From contig CAWBWI010000003.1 of NCBI GenBank assembly GCA_963792585.1, positions 512,001 through 576,000 on the forward strand: a DNA stretch of 64,000 nucleotides. The letters run 5' to 3'. The DNA is from Candidatus Eiseniibacteriota bacterium. Its GTDB lineage: Bacteria; Eisenbacteria; RBG-16-71-46; CAIMUX01; VGJL01. The position numbers were made by a program, and so were the translations under genes. Shown piece after piece: positions 1-11,228 of the stretch (position 1 is its first letter; each line of letters opens with the position of its first letter). Below the pieces are notes generated by a model. The model saw only the letters and a list, made by a program, of their open reading frames with translations, was not told where the DNA came from and ran no database searches.

Positions 1-231
1 CTCGTGCATGAGGGCGACGTCTTCGGGATAACGATGGTAATGGTCGCAGGCGACATCTCCGGTCGCGTCGTCCTCGATGCGGCCGGGTGTGTGCGAGAAA
101 CGATGCCAGATGCTCGGTCCCGCACCGTCGGCGAGCGGCGATCCCTCGATCTGATAGGCTGAGGTCGCCGCGCCCCAAAGAAAGTCGTCCGGGAAGCGAA
201 TCGCGCGAGATTGCATCGGAGAATCGCTCAT
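1..231 (-). CDS. GH1 beta-glucosidase, N-terminal part (runs off window edge)
   Basis: Not in the ORF track. Manual translation: [30 protein letters not shown]...[11 protein letters not shown]...[18 protein letters not shown], the GH1 N-terminal signature. ATG overlaps the GH94 stop (ATGA). Confidence 0.93.
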   Translation of the reverse strand, partial: MSDSPMQSRAIRFPDDFLWGAATSAYQIEGSPLADGAGPSIWHRFSHTPGRIEDDATGDVACDHYHRYPEDVALMHE

Positions 232-2696
232 TCGCCGCCTCCGGACCTGGGGCCGAGCACGATCTCGACGTGGTGGACGAGACCGTCCCGCTCGAAGGCG
301 ATGCGGGCCGCTCCCGCCTCCAGCAAGGCCGCAACGCCGTCGACGCTCGCCGCGATCGGCGGGCCGGCGCTGGCCTGCGGATTGCGCACCACGATTTCGT
401 AGCGCGTCGACTCGCCGGGCAACCGGTAACTCACGGTGAAGCCGGGCCAATCATCCGGGATGCAGGGCGCGATCGATGCGCCCTCGCCGTGCGTCAGGCG
501 GAGACCGAGGATCGACTCGATCGCGACACGGTACATCCAGCCCGCCGATCCTGTGTACCAGCTCCATCCCCCGCGGCCGACATGGGGCGGCTCGCCGTAG
601 ACGTCGGCGGCGACGACGTACGGCTCGATCTGGTAGACGGCGACCTGCTCCGGCGTTCGCGTGTGGCTGATCGGGTTGATCATTCGCAGCAGCGCCGCCG
701 CGCGATTGTTGCGCGAAAGTTCGGCGACGGCGCGGACGACCCACAACGCCGCGTGGGTGTACTGGCCTCCGTTCTCGCGGACGCCGGGGACATATCCCTT
801 GATGTAGCCGGGATCGTTCGCGGTCCTCTCGAAGGCCGGCGTGAGAAGCCGGATGATCCCATCCTTCTCGGAGATCAGGTGGCGCTCCACGGCGTCGATC
901 GCCTGACGGGCGCGATCGGAGGGGGCGACTCGGGAGATGACCGCCCAAGCCTGCGCGAGCGCGTCGATCCGGCATTCGTCGGAGTCTTTCGAGCCGAGCG
1001 GGTCGCCCGAATCGTAGTAGCCGCGCCGATACCATTCGCCGTCCCACCCGGCGTCGTTCAACGCGGCCCGCAGCCTTTCCTGGGTGGATCGGTAATGCGC
1101 CGCGCGGTTCGCGTCGCCGCGCGTTGCGCACAGGGGGATGAATGCCTCGAGCACATCGTGCAAGAAGAAGCCCATCCAGACGGACTCGCCCATGCCCTGA
1201 CGTCCGACACGGTTCATTCCGTCGTTCCAGTCGCCCGCCCCGAACAGGGGGAGGCCGTGGACGCCGGTCGTCAGAGAGCGATCCACCGCGCGGCAGCAGT
1301 GCTCGTACAGATCGGCGGATAGACCGGGATCCTCCGGAACGATGAACAGCTCATCGTCGCCATCGGGCAGCGGCGGCGCCGAAAGGAAGCGGACCGATTC
1401 GTCGAGCACCCCCGCGTCGCCCGTCGCCTCGATGTAGAAGGCGGTCAGGTAGGGCAGCCAGAGCAGGTCGTCGACGAAGCGGGTTCGGATCCCGCGGGCG
1501 AGCGGCGGATGCCACCAGTGGAGGACGTCCCCCTCGAGGAACTGGTGCGCGGCGTGGAGCAGGATCTGCGCGCGCGTGCGCTCGGGCCAGAGATAGACCA
1601 GCGCGGCGGCGTCCTGGATCTGGTCCCGGAATCCGAAGGCGCCCCCGGATTGATAGAAGGCGGTGCGGGACCAGATGCGGCAGGCCAGAACCTGGTAGGG
1701 AAGCCAGCCGTTGACCATGAGATCGAGCGCGGGATCGGGCGTTTCGATTCGAAGGCCCGAGAGCCCGTCAGTCCAGAAACTGCGCGATTCGGCGAGGGCC
1801 CGAGAGATCTCGCCGGGGATGCGGTAGCGCGCGATCAGGCTACGGGCCTCGTCGATGCCTCGCCCTTCGCCGAGGAGGAAGGAAACTTCGATCGACTCCC
1901 GCGGCGCAATCTCGACAGCGACCTGCTGGGCGATGCAGGGGGGCAGTCCGACGCCGGCCACGCCGTCGAGCGCGCCGGGACGCGCAAGGGCCGCGGGCCG
2001 CGCGACGTTGCCGCCCTGTCCGATGAACGAGGCGCGGTCGCAGGTGAAGGAACTGGTGCTCGAGCCGTTGGACGCAACGGCCGCGGCGAAGACCACACTT
2101 TCCGGGGGATCGCTCTCCATTCGGTTGCGCGCGAAGACCGCCTCGGTTCGCGCGTCGATCTCGGTGATCACGAAGCGCCCGCTGTCCTCCGGGAGGACGC
2201 CGATCACGAGCCGCGCATATGCGAAGAGCGAAAGGCGTCGCGGGCGATCCGATCGATTCGAGATGCGGAGTCGCGCCACGCGCAGCGGATCCTCTCGCGG
2301 GACGAACAGGAGCATCTCCTGTGCGAGTTCGTGACTTTCGTGGCGGAAGACCGTATAGCCGAAACCGTGCCGCACTTCATAGTCGCCCGCTGCGGGCGCC
2401 GGGCCGGGGCAGGGGGACCAGAAGCCGCCGCCCTCCTCGTCCCGAATGTAGAAGGCTTCGCCATGCGGATCGGTCACCGGATCATTGGACCACGGCGTCA
2501 ATCGATGCTCACGGCTGTTCCCCGACCAGGTCGAAAGCGCGCCCGTCTCGCTCGTCAGGAAACCGAAGCGGTTGTTCGCGATGACATTGATCCAGGGCAA
2601 GGGAGGACCCTGGAAACCGGGCTCGCCGCCGGCGCGAAGCACGATGACGTACTCGCCGCCGGTGTCGAAGCCGCCGTGGTCGGTCTGGAACTTCAT
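228..2696 (-). CDS. GH94 glycoside phosphorylase, similar to the Cgs/NdvB C-terminal beta-1,2-glucan phosphorylase region (sandwich plus catalytic domain)
   Basis: Motifs [46 protein letters not shown]. Real start is MKFQTDHGG at 2696; the longer ORF N-terminus is shadow sequence. Confidence 0.9.
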   Translation of the reverse strand: MKFQTDHGGFDTGGEYVIVLRAGGEPGFQGPPLPWINVIANNRFGFLTSETGALSTWSGNSREHRLTPWSNDPVTDPHGEAFYIRDEEGGGFWSPCPGPAPAAGDYEVRHGFGYTVFRHESHELAQEMLLFVPREDPLRVARLRISNRSDRPRRLSLFAYARLVIGVLPEDSGRFVITEIDARTEAVFARNRMESDPPESVVFAAAVASNGSSTSSFTCDRASFIGQGGNVARPAALARPGALDGVAGVGLPPCIAQQVAVEIAPRESIEVSFLLGEGRGIDEARSLIARYRIPGEISRALAESRSFWTDGLSGLRIETPDPALDLMVNGWLPYQVLACRIWSRTAFYQSGGAFGFRDQIQDAAALVYLWPERTRAQILLHAAHQFLEGDVLHWWHPPLARGIRTRFVDDLLWLPYLTAFYIEATGDAGVLDESVRFLSAPPLPDGDDELFIVPEDPGLSADLYEHCCRAVDRSLTTGVHGLPLFGAGDWNDGMNRVGRQGMGESVWMGFFLHDVLEAFIPLCATRGDANRAAHYRSTQERLRAALNDAGWDGEWYRRGYYDSGDPLGSKDSDECRIDALAQAWAVISRVAPSDRARQAIDAVERHLISEKDGIIRLLTPAFERTANDPGYIKGYVPGVRENGGQYTHAALWVVRAVAELSRNNRAAALLRMINPISHTRTPEQVAVYQIEPYVVAADVYGEPPHVGRGGWSWYTGSAGWMYRVAIESILGLRLTHGEGASIAPCIPDDWPGFTVSYRLPGESTRYEIVVRNPQASAGPPIAASVDGVAALLEAGAARIAFERDGLVHHVEIVLGPRSGGGE

Positions 2697-4039
2697 GCGG
2701 AGATCTGCGGCGCGGGCTCTCGCGGGTCCGGCACCGAGTCCGTGACGACCAGAGAAGCCGCCGCATCGATCCGATCGATTGCGGCTTGCGAGAACGCGCT
2801 CACGTTTCTGTGAAGAACGGTGGAAACGCCGGGAGCCGTGTTTGCGCTCTCCCGCGTCGCAGGATCGGTGTCGAGAACGAGCAGATCGATCGGCAGACCC
2901 AGAGACCGCCAGTAACGTTGCATGGCGAGGAGAGTGGGGAGGTATCGCGCGCCGGCCGGCGTCTCCGCGTGAAGGACCGCATATGGGCGATGTCGGGAAA
3001 GCCCGTGCGCTTGCAGATCGCCGAGCGGCCCCCGCGCGCGTTCGAGCACATCGGGCGCGGCGCGCAGGGAGGGATGCCCGTACATCATCGCCGCGGCCAG
3101 TCTCTGCGCGGTTTCGGCCTGCGATGCGCTCAGCTGGAGCGTCTGCAGCCGATCCGTTGCCTGGGACCTTGCGCCGGCGAAGATCTCGTCGGCGTATCCC
3201 GCCTCGGCGCAGCGGTCCGCGAGGGCCAGAGCCGCGTCGCGATCGTTGCCGGCCGCGAGTAGAAAGGTCGTTGTCAACGATCCGCCCGCGGGCACGATAA
3301 CCCTGCGGCGCAGGCTCAGAATCGGGTCGAGGACGTTTCCCGTGGTACCCGAAAGGGGTGCGTTCCGCTCGAGCGCCTGTGGAGCGGATGCGTTCCGCCT
3401 GCGGCCCAGGAAGCGAGCCCGGTCGGTCTCCAGCTGAACGTCGGCGGACTCGAGCACCGCGTGGATCAGGCAAGGGTGCGTCTCGTCCTCCGATCGCGGC
3501 CGCCGCGTGGCCAGAACCGCACCCCGCCGGGAATCGCACGCCGTCTGGATGAAGAGCTTGGAGAAGGCGGGGTGGGCGGCATGCGACGCGGCACTTGCCA
3601 GGACAACTTCCAGGAAGGATGTCATCTCGATCGTGCGCGGACGATCGGTCCGATTGACGAGCGTTATCTTGCGTAACTCCGCGGGGTCGTCGGGGGAGAC
3701 GCAGATCTCCATGCGCGTGGTGATCTCGTGATCGGTTCGCTCGATCTCGAAGCGGCCCGGACTCCATCGCGTTTCGTATGCGCTCGCGGGGTGGAGGATC
3801 GGTTGGCGCCCTGCGGACCAGACCACGCCGCGATCGACATCTCGCAAATAGACGAAGAATCCGTCGCGATCCTCGATTCGATCGCCGGGCCACGCGTTCA
3901 GGCGGCAACCCTCGAAACTCGAGAACCCCGTCCCGTTCGAGGTGATCAGGGTCGTGTAGTTTCCGTTCGACAGGAACCAACCCGTCGGCGCCGGGGATTC
4001 AGGGCTCGCTTCTGATGAAGCCGGGTGCGCGCTTGGCAT
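2693..4039 (-). CDS. Stand-alone GH94 N-terminal beta-sandwich domain protein
   Basis: FLSNGNYTTLITSNGTGFS, DGFFVYLRD, HPAFSKLFIQT, ETDRARFLGR, GTTGNVLDPILSLR match the first GH94 sandwich of Cgs-like proteins. Stop overlaps the next ATG (ATGA). Confidence 0.82.
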   Translation of the reverse strand: MPSAHPASSEASPESPAPTGWFLSNGNYTTLITSNGTGFSSFEGCRLNAWPGDRIEDRDGFFVYLRDVDRGVVWSAGRQPILHPASAYETRWSPGRFEIERTDHEITTRMEICVSPDDPAELRKITLVNRTDRPRTIEMTSFLEVVLASAASHAAHPAFSKLFIQTACDSRRGAVLATRRPRSEDETHPCLIHAVLESADVQLETDRARFLGRRRNASAPQALERNAPLSGTTGNVLDPILSLRRRVIVPAGGSLTTTFLLAAGNDRDAALALADRCAEAGYADEIFAGARSQATDRLQTLQLSASQAETAQRLAAAMMYGHPSLRAAPDVLERARGPLGDLQAHGLSRHRPYAVLHAETPAGARYLPTLLAMQRYWRSLGLPIDLLVLDTDPATRESANTAPGVSTVLHRNVSAFSQAAIDRIDAAASLVVTDSVPDPREPAPQISA

Positions 4040-4288
4040 GAACGACAACGAACCTCTCAAATGAATCGGGGCTCAAGAAGTTTCGAATCATGGATCGACC
4101 CGTGGGCGCCATGATATCCCTTCCCGGCAGTGCCCGTAAGGGGTTTCGCCGGTGAGCAGGCTTTCACCTCTTCTGTGACCCGGCGAGACCCTTGCTTCCG
4201 CCTTGCCGCCGCGTGCCGCCGATCGTATCCTGCGTTCGCCCGAAACGGGTCGAGTTGGCCGCGGCGATCGGATCGGAGAAGCGAGACG

Positions 4289-6445
4289 ATGAGACGATCG
4301 ACATTCGTTTCCCTGCTTGGCTGGTTGTGGATTCTCATGGCCGCGGTGGCGCCTGCGCGCGCGGAGGGCCCCGCGCCCGATGCGCTGGACGATGCCCTGT
4401 TCGTCGCCGGGCTCACGCGCGTGGATCTCGGTTGGGATGCGCGTGGCTGGTGGGAGCGATATCCGCAAGATATCCCGTGGAAGCTTCGCCATTTCGACGA
4501 CCTGTGCGCACAGCCGCTGGCCGTCGTGCCGTTCACGCGGGTGATGGGCGCGACGGTGCGCGTGACCCTGGCGCCCGATCTGGTCGCGGGGAAGAAGAAC
4601 GATCAGGGCGCGGGAGCGCTCTACCGCGCCGTGCACGATCTGGGCGTCAACAAGCGGTACGGCGCGACGCGTCCCTATTCCGCGAACCTGACGGCCGCGC
4701 CGACGCCGCTTCCCGTCGCCCTCATCGAAGCATGGAAGGCGGAGAACCGCGCGACGAAGTACGTCACCTTCGGGGCCGAGTCTCCCTATCCGCTGATCGC
4801 GGGCGATCTCGACTCGGTTTGCGCGGCGTTGCCTTCCGACGTGAGCGCGATTCTGGGCAAGCTCGTGCTCGATCTCCTGGACGCCCGCGCCTGGGCGCGT
4901 CTCGGATTCCGAAACGTGCCGCTCGAGACCCGGGAGCGGATCGCCACGCGTCTCGATCTCGGCGAGAAGGAGACCGATGCGCTCGACTACGAGCCGGCGA
5001 TGGACGACGCGGCCCACGCCTGGGACGAGGCGAGTCTATGGTATGGCGGATTGAAAGCCGTGGAAACGCTCGACGTCGCCCGACTCGCGCTGCGGGATCC
5101 CGTCATCAAGGCCGGAGGCGGTCTCGCCAGGGTACGCATCGAGATCGACACGCCCGCGGGTCGCGTGCTCGTGGATGGAACGGGCGCGGGGACGATCGCC
5201 GTCGGCGAGGGGGCGCTGCTCGTCGTCGACCTCGGGGGAGACGATCGCTACAGCGGCTCTGTCGGCGCATCCAAGCCGGCCCTTCCGCTGGCTGCCGCCC
5301 TCGACCTCGCAGGGAACGACACGTATGAATCGGGCGATCGCGCGCTCGGCGCCGGCGTGACCGGTATCGGCGTGCTCCTCGACGGAGCAGGGGACGACGC
5401 GTATGCCGCAGGAACTCTCGGCGAAGGGGCCGGGCACTTCGGCATGGGCGTCCTGATCGATGTCGCGGGTCGGGATACGTACAAGGTGAAGTACAGCGGG
5501 CAGGGCGCGGGATTCTTCGGGATCGGCCTGCTGCTCGATCTCGAGGGAAATGATCAATACACGCTCTGGAGCGACGGGCAGGGATTCGGTGGTGTCGCCG
5601 GCATCGGCGTCCTGGCGGATCGAACGGGGGACGACGCATACCTCGCCGTGCCCGACCCCAAGGTGACGGGCCGACCTTCATATCACTCCGAGAAGAAGAT
5701 CGCCGTCAGCGACGCGCAGGGATGCGGCATGGGCCGCCGCGGCGACGGAGCCGACGGTCACTCCTGGGCCGGCGGGATCGGAGCGCTCCTGGATGCGGAG
5801 GGCAATGATCGGTATACGATCGGCAACTGGGGGCAGGGTTGCGGCTACTGGTTCGGGACCGGTCTCTTGTGGGATGGCGCGGGCAACGATGCGTACCAGG
5901 CCAACGGATGGGCCTCGGCCTCCGGCGCCCACTTCTGCATCGGGGCCGTCGTGGACGAAGCCGGCGATGATCTCCACAAGGTCGACCAGAACTGGGGGCC
6001 CGCGTTCGGCCACGACTTCACCGTCGCGGTCCTGCTCGACGCGGCGGGCAATGACCACTACAAATGCGGCGGGGACGGGATCGGCCACTCCATCAACCGG
6101 AGCGTCGTCCTCTGCCTCGACGGCGCGGGCGACGACGGCTATGCGTTCAAGACGCCGGACAAGACCGGGGACAAGGCAGCGGCAAAGGCGCCGGGAACGG
6201 CGACGTTCGACGCGCGCTTCCTCGACCGCAGCGGCGCATCCGTCTACTGGACCGAATCGACGTCGGTCGGCCTGTTCCTCGACGCCGGCGGCGTGGATGC
6301 GTATCCGGAGGGGACCACGAACGACTTCAGCCGAACCGACGGCGCCGACAGCGACAACGTGCGGGCCCGCAACCATGGGATCTTCGTCGATCGACCCTCG
6401 GGCGTGATCGACCCGGATCGGCCCCAAGGGCGGGGGCGACGGTAA
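4289..6445 (+). CDS. Secreted protein with about 12 (G)hhhDxxG(N/D)DxY repeats, function unknown
   Basis: Signal peptide MRRSTFVSLLGWLWILMAAVAPARA; repeats such as LLVVDLGGDDRY, GVLLDGAGDDAY, GLLLDLEGNDQY, GALLDAEGNDRY, GLLWDGAGNDAY. Confidence 0.8.
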   Translation: MRRSTFVSLLGWLWILMAAVAPARAEGPAPDALDDALFVAGLTRVDLGWDARGWWERYPQDIPWKLRHFDDLCAQPLAVVPFTRVMGATVRVTLAPDLVAGKKNDQGAGALYRAVHDLGVNKRYGATRPYSANLTAAPTPLPVALIEAWKAENRATKYVTFGAESPYPLIAGDLDSVCAALPSDVSAILGKLVLDLLDARAWARLGFRNVPLETRERIATRLDLGEKETDALDYEPAMDDAAHAWDEASLWYGGLKAVETLDVARLALRDPVIKAGGGLARVRIEIDTPAGRVLVDGTGAGTIAVGEGALLVVDLGGDDRYSGSVGASKPALPLAAALDLAGNDTYESGDRALGAGVTGIGVLLDGAGDDAYAAGTLGEGAGHFGMGVLIDVAGRDTYKVKYSGQGAGFFGIGLLLDLEGNDQYTLWSDGQGFGGVAGIGVLADRTGDDAYLAVPDPKVTGRPSYHSEKKIAVSDAQGCGMGRRGDGADGHSWAGGIGALLDAEGNDRYTIGNWGQGCGYWFGTGLLWDGAGNDAYQANGWASASGAHFCIGAVVDEAGDDLHKVDQNWGPAFGHDFTVAVLLDAAGNDHYKCGGDGIGHSINRSVVLCLDGAGDDGYAFKTPDKTGDKAAAKAPGTATFDARFLDRSGASVYWTESTSVGLFLDAGGVDAYPEGTTNDFSRTDGADSDNVRARNHGIFVDRPSGVIDPDRPQGRGRR

Positions 6446-6459
6446 TGCCGCGGATATAA

Positions 6460-6525
6460 TTGATGGTTTCTTGATGCTGCGGCCCCGCGTCCTGACGCCC
6501 CGCTGATCTCGGGGGGATCTAGCTT
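6460..6525 (+). promoter_or_regulatory. Putative KdpE (OmpR-family) direct-repeat boxes and -10 element of the kdp promoter
   Basis: TTGATG (6460), TTGATG (6471), CTGACG (6492), CTGATC (6503), spaced 11/21/11; TAGCTT at 6520. Confidence 0.6.
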
Positions 6526-6609
6526 GAAGGGGTGGTGGTCGGCCCGGGCCGCGGACGAAGGCCGTTCGCGAAGCGCCCGACTCGGCCCCGTCACTTCGGG
6601 GGCACCGGA

Positions 6610-6690
6610 ATGGACCTGCTCGTCCTTGCGCTCATTCTGCTCCTCGCCGTTCTCACCGCCGGCTTGATCCGGCTGTGCGAGAAGGTCTAG
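6610..6690 (+). CDS. 26-aa hydrophobic membrane peptide upstream of kdpF
   Basis: MDLLVLALILLLAVLTAGLIRLCEKV; its stop abuts the kdpF RBS (GGAGG). Confidence 0.65.
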   Translation: MDLLVLALILLLAVLTAGLIRLCEKV

Positions 6691-6700
6691 GGAGGACTTG

Positions 6701-6793
6701 ATGCACCTCCTCTACTGGATCGCGGGGATCCTCGCCGTCGGGCTCTTGATCTATCTCTTCGCCGCATTGCTCAAACCGGAGGCCTTTTCATGA
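6701..6793 (+). CDS. kdpF: K+-transporting ATPase subunit F
   Basis: [30 protein letters not shown] (YL..ALL.PE.F motif); GGAGG RBS; ATGA overlap with kdpA. Confidence 0.9.
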   Translation: MHLLYWIAGILAVGLLIYLFAALLKPEAFS

Positions 6794-8508
6794 CGGCCAA
6801 TGGGCTCCTCCAGATCGTCCTCTACGTAGGATTGTTGATCCTCCTCGCGAAACCGCTGGGTTCCTACATGGCGCGCATCTACGAAGGCGATCCGCCGCGA
6901 TGGATTCGCTTCCTGCGCCCCGTCGAGCGCGGGACCTATCGGATCTGCGGCGTTCGCCCGGATGCCGAGATGACATGGGTGCGGTATGCGGTCGCCGTGC
7001 TCACCTTCAACCTGGCGGGCATTGCAGTCGTCTATCTGCTGCAGCGCGCCCAGGGCCATCTCCCCTGGAACCCGCAGGGGCTGCCGGGCGTCGGCGCCCT
7101 GCTGTCGCTCAACACGGCCGTCAGCTTCGGGACGAACACGAACTGGCAATCGTACGGTGGCGAGACGACCCTCAGCTATCTGACCCAGATGCTGGGTCTC
7201 ACCGTGCAGAACTTCGTCTCGGCCGCGGTCGGGATGGCCGTCCTGATCGCCCTGATCCGGGGCCTTCGCGGACAGCTGCAGAAGACGCTCGGCAACTTCT
7301 GGGTCGATCTGACCCGCGGCGTCTTGTACATTCTTCTGCCGCTTTCGTTGATCCTTGCGCTCGTCCTCGTCTCTCAGGGTGTCGTTCAAACATTGAAGCC
7401 GTACGTCGTGACCGCGACGATCGAGAATGCCCTACCGCAGACAATCGCGGTCGGTCCGGCGGCGTCTCAGGTCGCCATCAAGCAGCTCGGCACCAACGGT
7501 GGAGGCTTCTTCAACGTCAACTCCTCCCATCCGTTCGAGAATCCGACGCCGTTCAGCAACCTGCTCGAGATGTTGGCGATCCTGCTGATTCCGGCGGGAC
7601 TCTGTTACACATTCGGCAAGATGATCGGAGACACACGCCAAGGGTGGGCGATCCTCGCCGCCATGACCCTTCTCCTGGTCGCGTTTCTTGCCGTTGGAGT
7701 TCCGGCCGAGAGCCGGCCGACCCCGATCCTGGCGCAGACGGGGCTCGACACGTCCGGCGGGCCGCTGCAGGCCGGCGGGAATATGGAGGGCAAGGAGACC
7801 CGCTTCGGCATCGTCAACTCGGCAATCTGGGCGTCCGCGACGACGGCAGCGTCGAATGGATCGGTCAACGCGATGCACGACTCCCTGACGCCGATCGGCG
7901 GGCTCGCCCCCATGATTCTCATGCAGCTGGGCGAAGTCGTTTTCGGTGGGGTGGGATCGGGTCTCTACGGAATGCTCGTCTTCGCGCTGGTGGCGGTCTT
8001 CGTCGCGGGACTGATGGTGGGCCGGACGCCCGAATACCTGGGCAAGAAGATCGAGTCCTACGAGATGAAGATGGCGTCGCTGGCGATCCTCATCTGCCCG
8101 ATCCTCGTGCTGGGCGGAACGGCGGTTGCCGTTGCATCCGCCGCGGGGCGAGGCGCCGTTTTCAACCCCGGCCCACACGGGTTCAGCGAGATCCTCTATG
8201 CGCTCTCTTCCGCGGGCAACAACAACGGGAGCGCCTTCGGAGGTCTGGGCGTGGGTGTCCCCTTCTACCACATTCTCCTGACCATCGCGATGTTTGGCGC
8301 GCGGTACTGGATCATCGTCCCCATCCTGGCGCTCGCGGGATCGCTTGCCGCCAAGAAGCGGATCCCGGCCGGAGAAGGAACGCTGCCGACGCACAGTCCA
8401 ACCTTCGTCATGCTCCTGGTCGGGATCGTCTTGATCGTCGGCGCGCTCACATTCCTTCCTGCCTTGGCGCTTGGCCCGATCGTCGAAGCACTCCAGCTTC
8501 GCTCATGA
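6790..8508 (+). CDS. kdpA: K+-transporting ATPase subunit A
   Basis: [41 protein letters not shown] motifs. Confidence 0.98.
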   Translation: MTANGLLQIVLYVGLLILLAKPLGSYMARIYEGDPPRWIRFLRPVERGTYRICGVRPDAEMTWVRYAVAVLTFNLAGIAVVYLLQRAQGHLPWNPQGLPGVGALLSLNTAVSFGTNTNWQSYGGETTLSYLTQMLGLTVQNFVSAAVGMAVLIALIRGLRGQLQKTLGNFWVDLTRGVLYILLPLSLILALVLVSQGVVQTLKPYVVTATIENALPQTIAVGPAASQVAIKQLGTNGGGFFNVNSSHPFENPTPFSNLLEMLAILLIPAGLCYTFGKMIGDTRQGWAILAAMTLLLVAFLAVGVPAESRPTPILAQTGLDTSGGPLQAGGNMEGKETRFGIVNSAIWASATTAASNGSVNAMHDSLTPIGGLAPMILMQLGEVVFGGVGSGLYGMLVFALVAVFVAGLMVGRTPEYLGKKIESYEMKMASLAILICPILVLGGTAVAVASAAGRGAVFNPGPHGFSEILYALSSAGNNNGSAFGGLGVGVPFYHILLTIAMFGARYWIIVPILALAGSLAAKKRIPAGEGTLPTHSPTFVMLLVGIVLIVGALTFLPALALGPIVEALQLRS

Positions 8509-8527
8509 GACCGGAAGAGGAGACCGT

Positions 8528-10600
8528 ATGAGCGCACGTGCCCAGAAGAGCACCCGCATCGGCGCCGAAATCCTGAAGCGCGCCGTCCGCGAGGCGTTCG
8601 TGAAACTGGATCCCCGGCGCCAGGTGCGCAATCCGGTGATGTTCGTCGTCTGGGTCGGAAGCCTCGTGACGACGGGGCTCTACATCGCCGCGATTGCGGG
8701 GAAGGGGGAGGAGCCGCCGCGCTTCATCCTCACCGTCGCCGTCTGGCTTTGGTTCACGGTTCTTTTCGCGAACTTCGCCGAGGCGGTGGCGGAGGGCCGT
8801 GGCCGCGCACAGGCCGAATCGCTGCGCCGCGCGCGACGGGACCTGATCGCCCGCAAGCTCGCCCGGTGCGCCAAGGATGCGCCCGCATCGCAGGTCGCGG
8901 CCTCCGATCTCAGGAAGGACGACATCGTCCTCATCGAGGCCGGGGAATTCGTGCCCGCGGACGGCGATGTGATCGAGGGGATCGCGTCGGTCGACGAGAG
9001 CGCCGTCACGGGGGAGAGCGCCCCGGTGATCCGGGAGAGCGGCGGGGATCGTAGCGCGGTGACGGGAGGAACTCGTGTCCTCTCCGACTGGATCATCGTC
9101 AAGGTGACGGCGAATCCCGGCGAGACGTTTCTCGACCGGATGATCGCGATGGTCGAGGGGGCCCGCCGTCGCAAGACCCCGAACGAGATCGCCCTCACGA
9201 TCCTCCTCGCGGCGATGACGATCATCTTCCTGATCGCCTGCGCCACCCTCCTGCCCTTCTCGATATACGCGGCGGCGAGCGCCGGGAGGGGCGCTCCCGT
9301 CACGGTGACGGTTCTCGCGGCGCTTCTTGTCTGTCTCATCCCGACCACGATCGGAGGCCTTCTCTCGGCCATCGGCATCGCCGGAATGGACCGTCTGTTG
9401 CAGGCGAACGTCATGGCGATGTCGGGCAAGGCCGTCGAGACGGCCGGTGACGTGGACGTCCTCATGCTCGACAAGACGGGGACGATCACCCTCGGTGACC
9501 GGCAGGCCGTGGCGTTTCTCCCCGTCGACGGAGTCGATGCCGAAAGCGTCGCCGAGGCGGCGCAGCTTGCCTCGCTCGCCGACGAGACGCCGGAGGGACG
9601 GAGCATCGTTGTCCTCGCGAAGGCGAAGTTCGGCCTTCGCGAGGTCGACATTGCCGGATTGGGGGCGCGATTCGTTCCGTTCAGCGCGCAGACGCGGATG
9701 AGCGGAGTCGACCTGGATCGCGACCAGATCCGCAAGGGAGCCGCCGATGCGATCGAGAAGTACATCCACGATGAAGGAGGTTCGTTCCCGGATTCCGCGC
9801 GCGTGATCGTCGAGCGGATCGCACGGGAGGGTGGCACGCCGCTCGCCGTCGCCGAGGGAAGGAAGGTCCTCGGCGTGATCGAGTTGCGCGACATCGTGAA
9901 GGGGGGTATGCGCGAGCGTTTCGGTGAGCTTCGGACGATGGGGATCCGCACCGTGATGATCACCGGAGACAATCCGTTGACCGCGGCGGCGATCGCGGCC
10001 GAGGCGGGGGTCGATGACTTTCTCGCGCAGGCCACGCCCGAGGCGAAGCTCTCCCTGATCCGTCGCTACCAGGAGGAAGGCCACCTGGTGGCGATGACGG
10101 GCGATGGAACCAACGATGCGCCGGCGCTTGCCCAGGCCGATGTGGCGGTGGCGATGAATACCGGCACCCAGGCCGCCAAGGAAGCCGGGAACATGGTCGA
10201 TCTCGACTCGAACCCGACGAAGCTGATCGAGATCGTCGGCATCGGCAAGCAACTGCTCATGACGCGGGGCGCGCTCACAACCTTCTCCATCGCAAACGAC
10301 GTCGCCAAGTACTTCGCGATCCTGCCGGCGGCATTCGCGAGCGTCTACCCGGCGCTGGGGGGGCTCGACGTCATGAATCTCACGACGCCGCAAAGCGCCA
10401 TCGTCTCTGCGGTGGTCTTCAATGCTCTCATCATCGTCGCGCTGATCCCGCTGGCGCTCAAGGGGGTCGCTTACCGGCCGATGAGCGCCTCGAAGCTGCT
10501 CCGGCGGCATCTGCTCCTCTACGGGCTCGGCGGGATCGTCGCGCCGTTCGTCGGGATCAAGCTGATCGACATGGCGATCCATGCGGTCGGGCTCTACTAG
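8528..10600 (+). CDS. kdpB: K+-transporting P-type ATPase subunit B
   Basis: TGES, DKTGTIT phosphorylation site, [15 protein letters not shown] at 8528. Confidence 0.98.
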   Translation: MSARAQKSTRIGAEILKRAVREAFVKLDPRRQVRNPVMFVVWVGSLVTTGLYIAAIAGKGEEPPRFILTVAVWLWFTVLFANFAEAVAEGRGRAQAESLRRARRDLIARKLARCAKDAPASQVAASDLRKDDIVLIEAGEFVPADGDVIEGIASVDESAVTGESAPVIRESGGDRSAVTGGTRVLSDWIIVKVTANPGETFLDRMIAMVEGARRRKTPNEIALTILLAAMTIIFLIACATLLPFSIYAAASAGRGAPVTVTVLAALLVCLIPTTIGGLLSAIGIAGMDRLLQANVMAMSGKAVETAGDVDVLMLDKTGTITLGDRQAVAFLPVDGVDAESVAEAAQLASLADETPEGRSIVVLAKAKFGLREVDIAGLGARFVPFSAQTRMSGVDLDRDQIRKGAADAIEKYIHDEGGSFPDSARVIVERIAREGGTPLAVAEGRKVLGVIELRDIVKGGMRERFGELRTMGIRTVMITGDNPLTAAAIAAEAGVDDFLAQATPEAKLSLIRRYQEEGHLVAMTGDGTNDAPALAQADVAVAMNTGTQAAKEAGNMVDLDSNPTKLIEIVGIGKQLLMTRGALTTFSIANDVAKYFAILPAAFASVYPALGGLDVMNLTTPQSAIVSAVVFNALIIVALIPLALKGVAYRPMSASKLLRRHLLLYGLGGIVAPFVGIKLIDMAIHAVGLY

Positions 10601-10609
10601 GAGGGACCC

Positions 10610-11188
10610 GTGCGCAGCACCATTCGCACCTCGATCCTGATGCTTGCGGTGATGACCGTGATCACAGGTCTCGTCTACCCACTCGGGGTCACGCTCTGTT
10701 CCCGCGTCCTCTTACGTGACAAGGCGGAGGGGAGCATCACCCGCGTGAGCGGGCGCGCCGTCGGCTCTTCGTTGATCGGACAGGCCTTCACGAGTCCCCG
10801 CTACTTCTTGGGACGACCTTCCGCGACCTCGCCGCCGTACAACGCCGCCGCTTCGACAGGCTCGAACCTCGGGCCGTCGAACCCGGCGCTGGGCGATTCG
10901 ATCCGTGCGCGGATCGAGCGGCTCCGTCGACTCGATCCAGAGAACGCCCGGCCCGTCCCCGTCGATCTGGTGACCTCATCGGGAAGCGGGCTCGACCCGC
11001 ACATCAGCCCCGCCGCGGCTCTCTACCAGGTTCCGCGGGTCGCGCGCCTCCGCGGTCTCGATGAGGAAATCGTGCGAAGCCTCGTGCAACGCTTCCTGGA
11101 GCCCCGTACGTTAGGACTCCTCGGGGAGCCACGGGTGAATGTCCTGAAACTGAATCTCGCTCTCGACGGGTTAGGGGAATCCCGCTAG
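10610..11188 (+). CDS. kdpC: K+-transporting ATPase subunit C
   Basis: GSSLIGQ.F, YF.GRPSA, SGSGLDPHISP, VNVLKLNLALD. Confidence 0.97.
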   Translation: MRSTIRTSILMLAVMTVITGLVYPLGVTLCSRVLLRDKAEGSITRVSGRAVGSSLIGQAFTSPRYFLGRPSATSPPYNAAASTGSNLGPSNPALGDSIRARIERLRRLDPENARPVPVDLVTSSGSGLDPHISPAAALYQVPRVARLRGLDEEIVRSLVQRFLEPRTLGLLGEPRVNVLKLNLALDGLGESR

Positions 11189-11228
11189 GCTCCTCCCGAT
11201 TCGATGGAAAGCGGAGTCTGAAGGGAAG

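Noticed and set aside
2697..3980. N-terminal ~430 aa of the 1250-aa GH94 ORF
   Set aside because: Off-frame overlap of the upstream sandwich-domain gene; homology starts at ATG 2696.
6446..6610. c-di-AMP (ydaO) riboswitch upstream of kdp
   Set aside because: Conserved GCUGAA, GGAAC and AGCUAAC elements are absent; phased direct repeats explain the region better.
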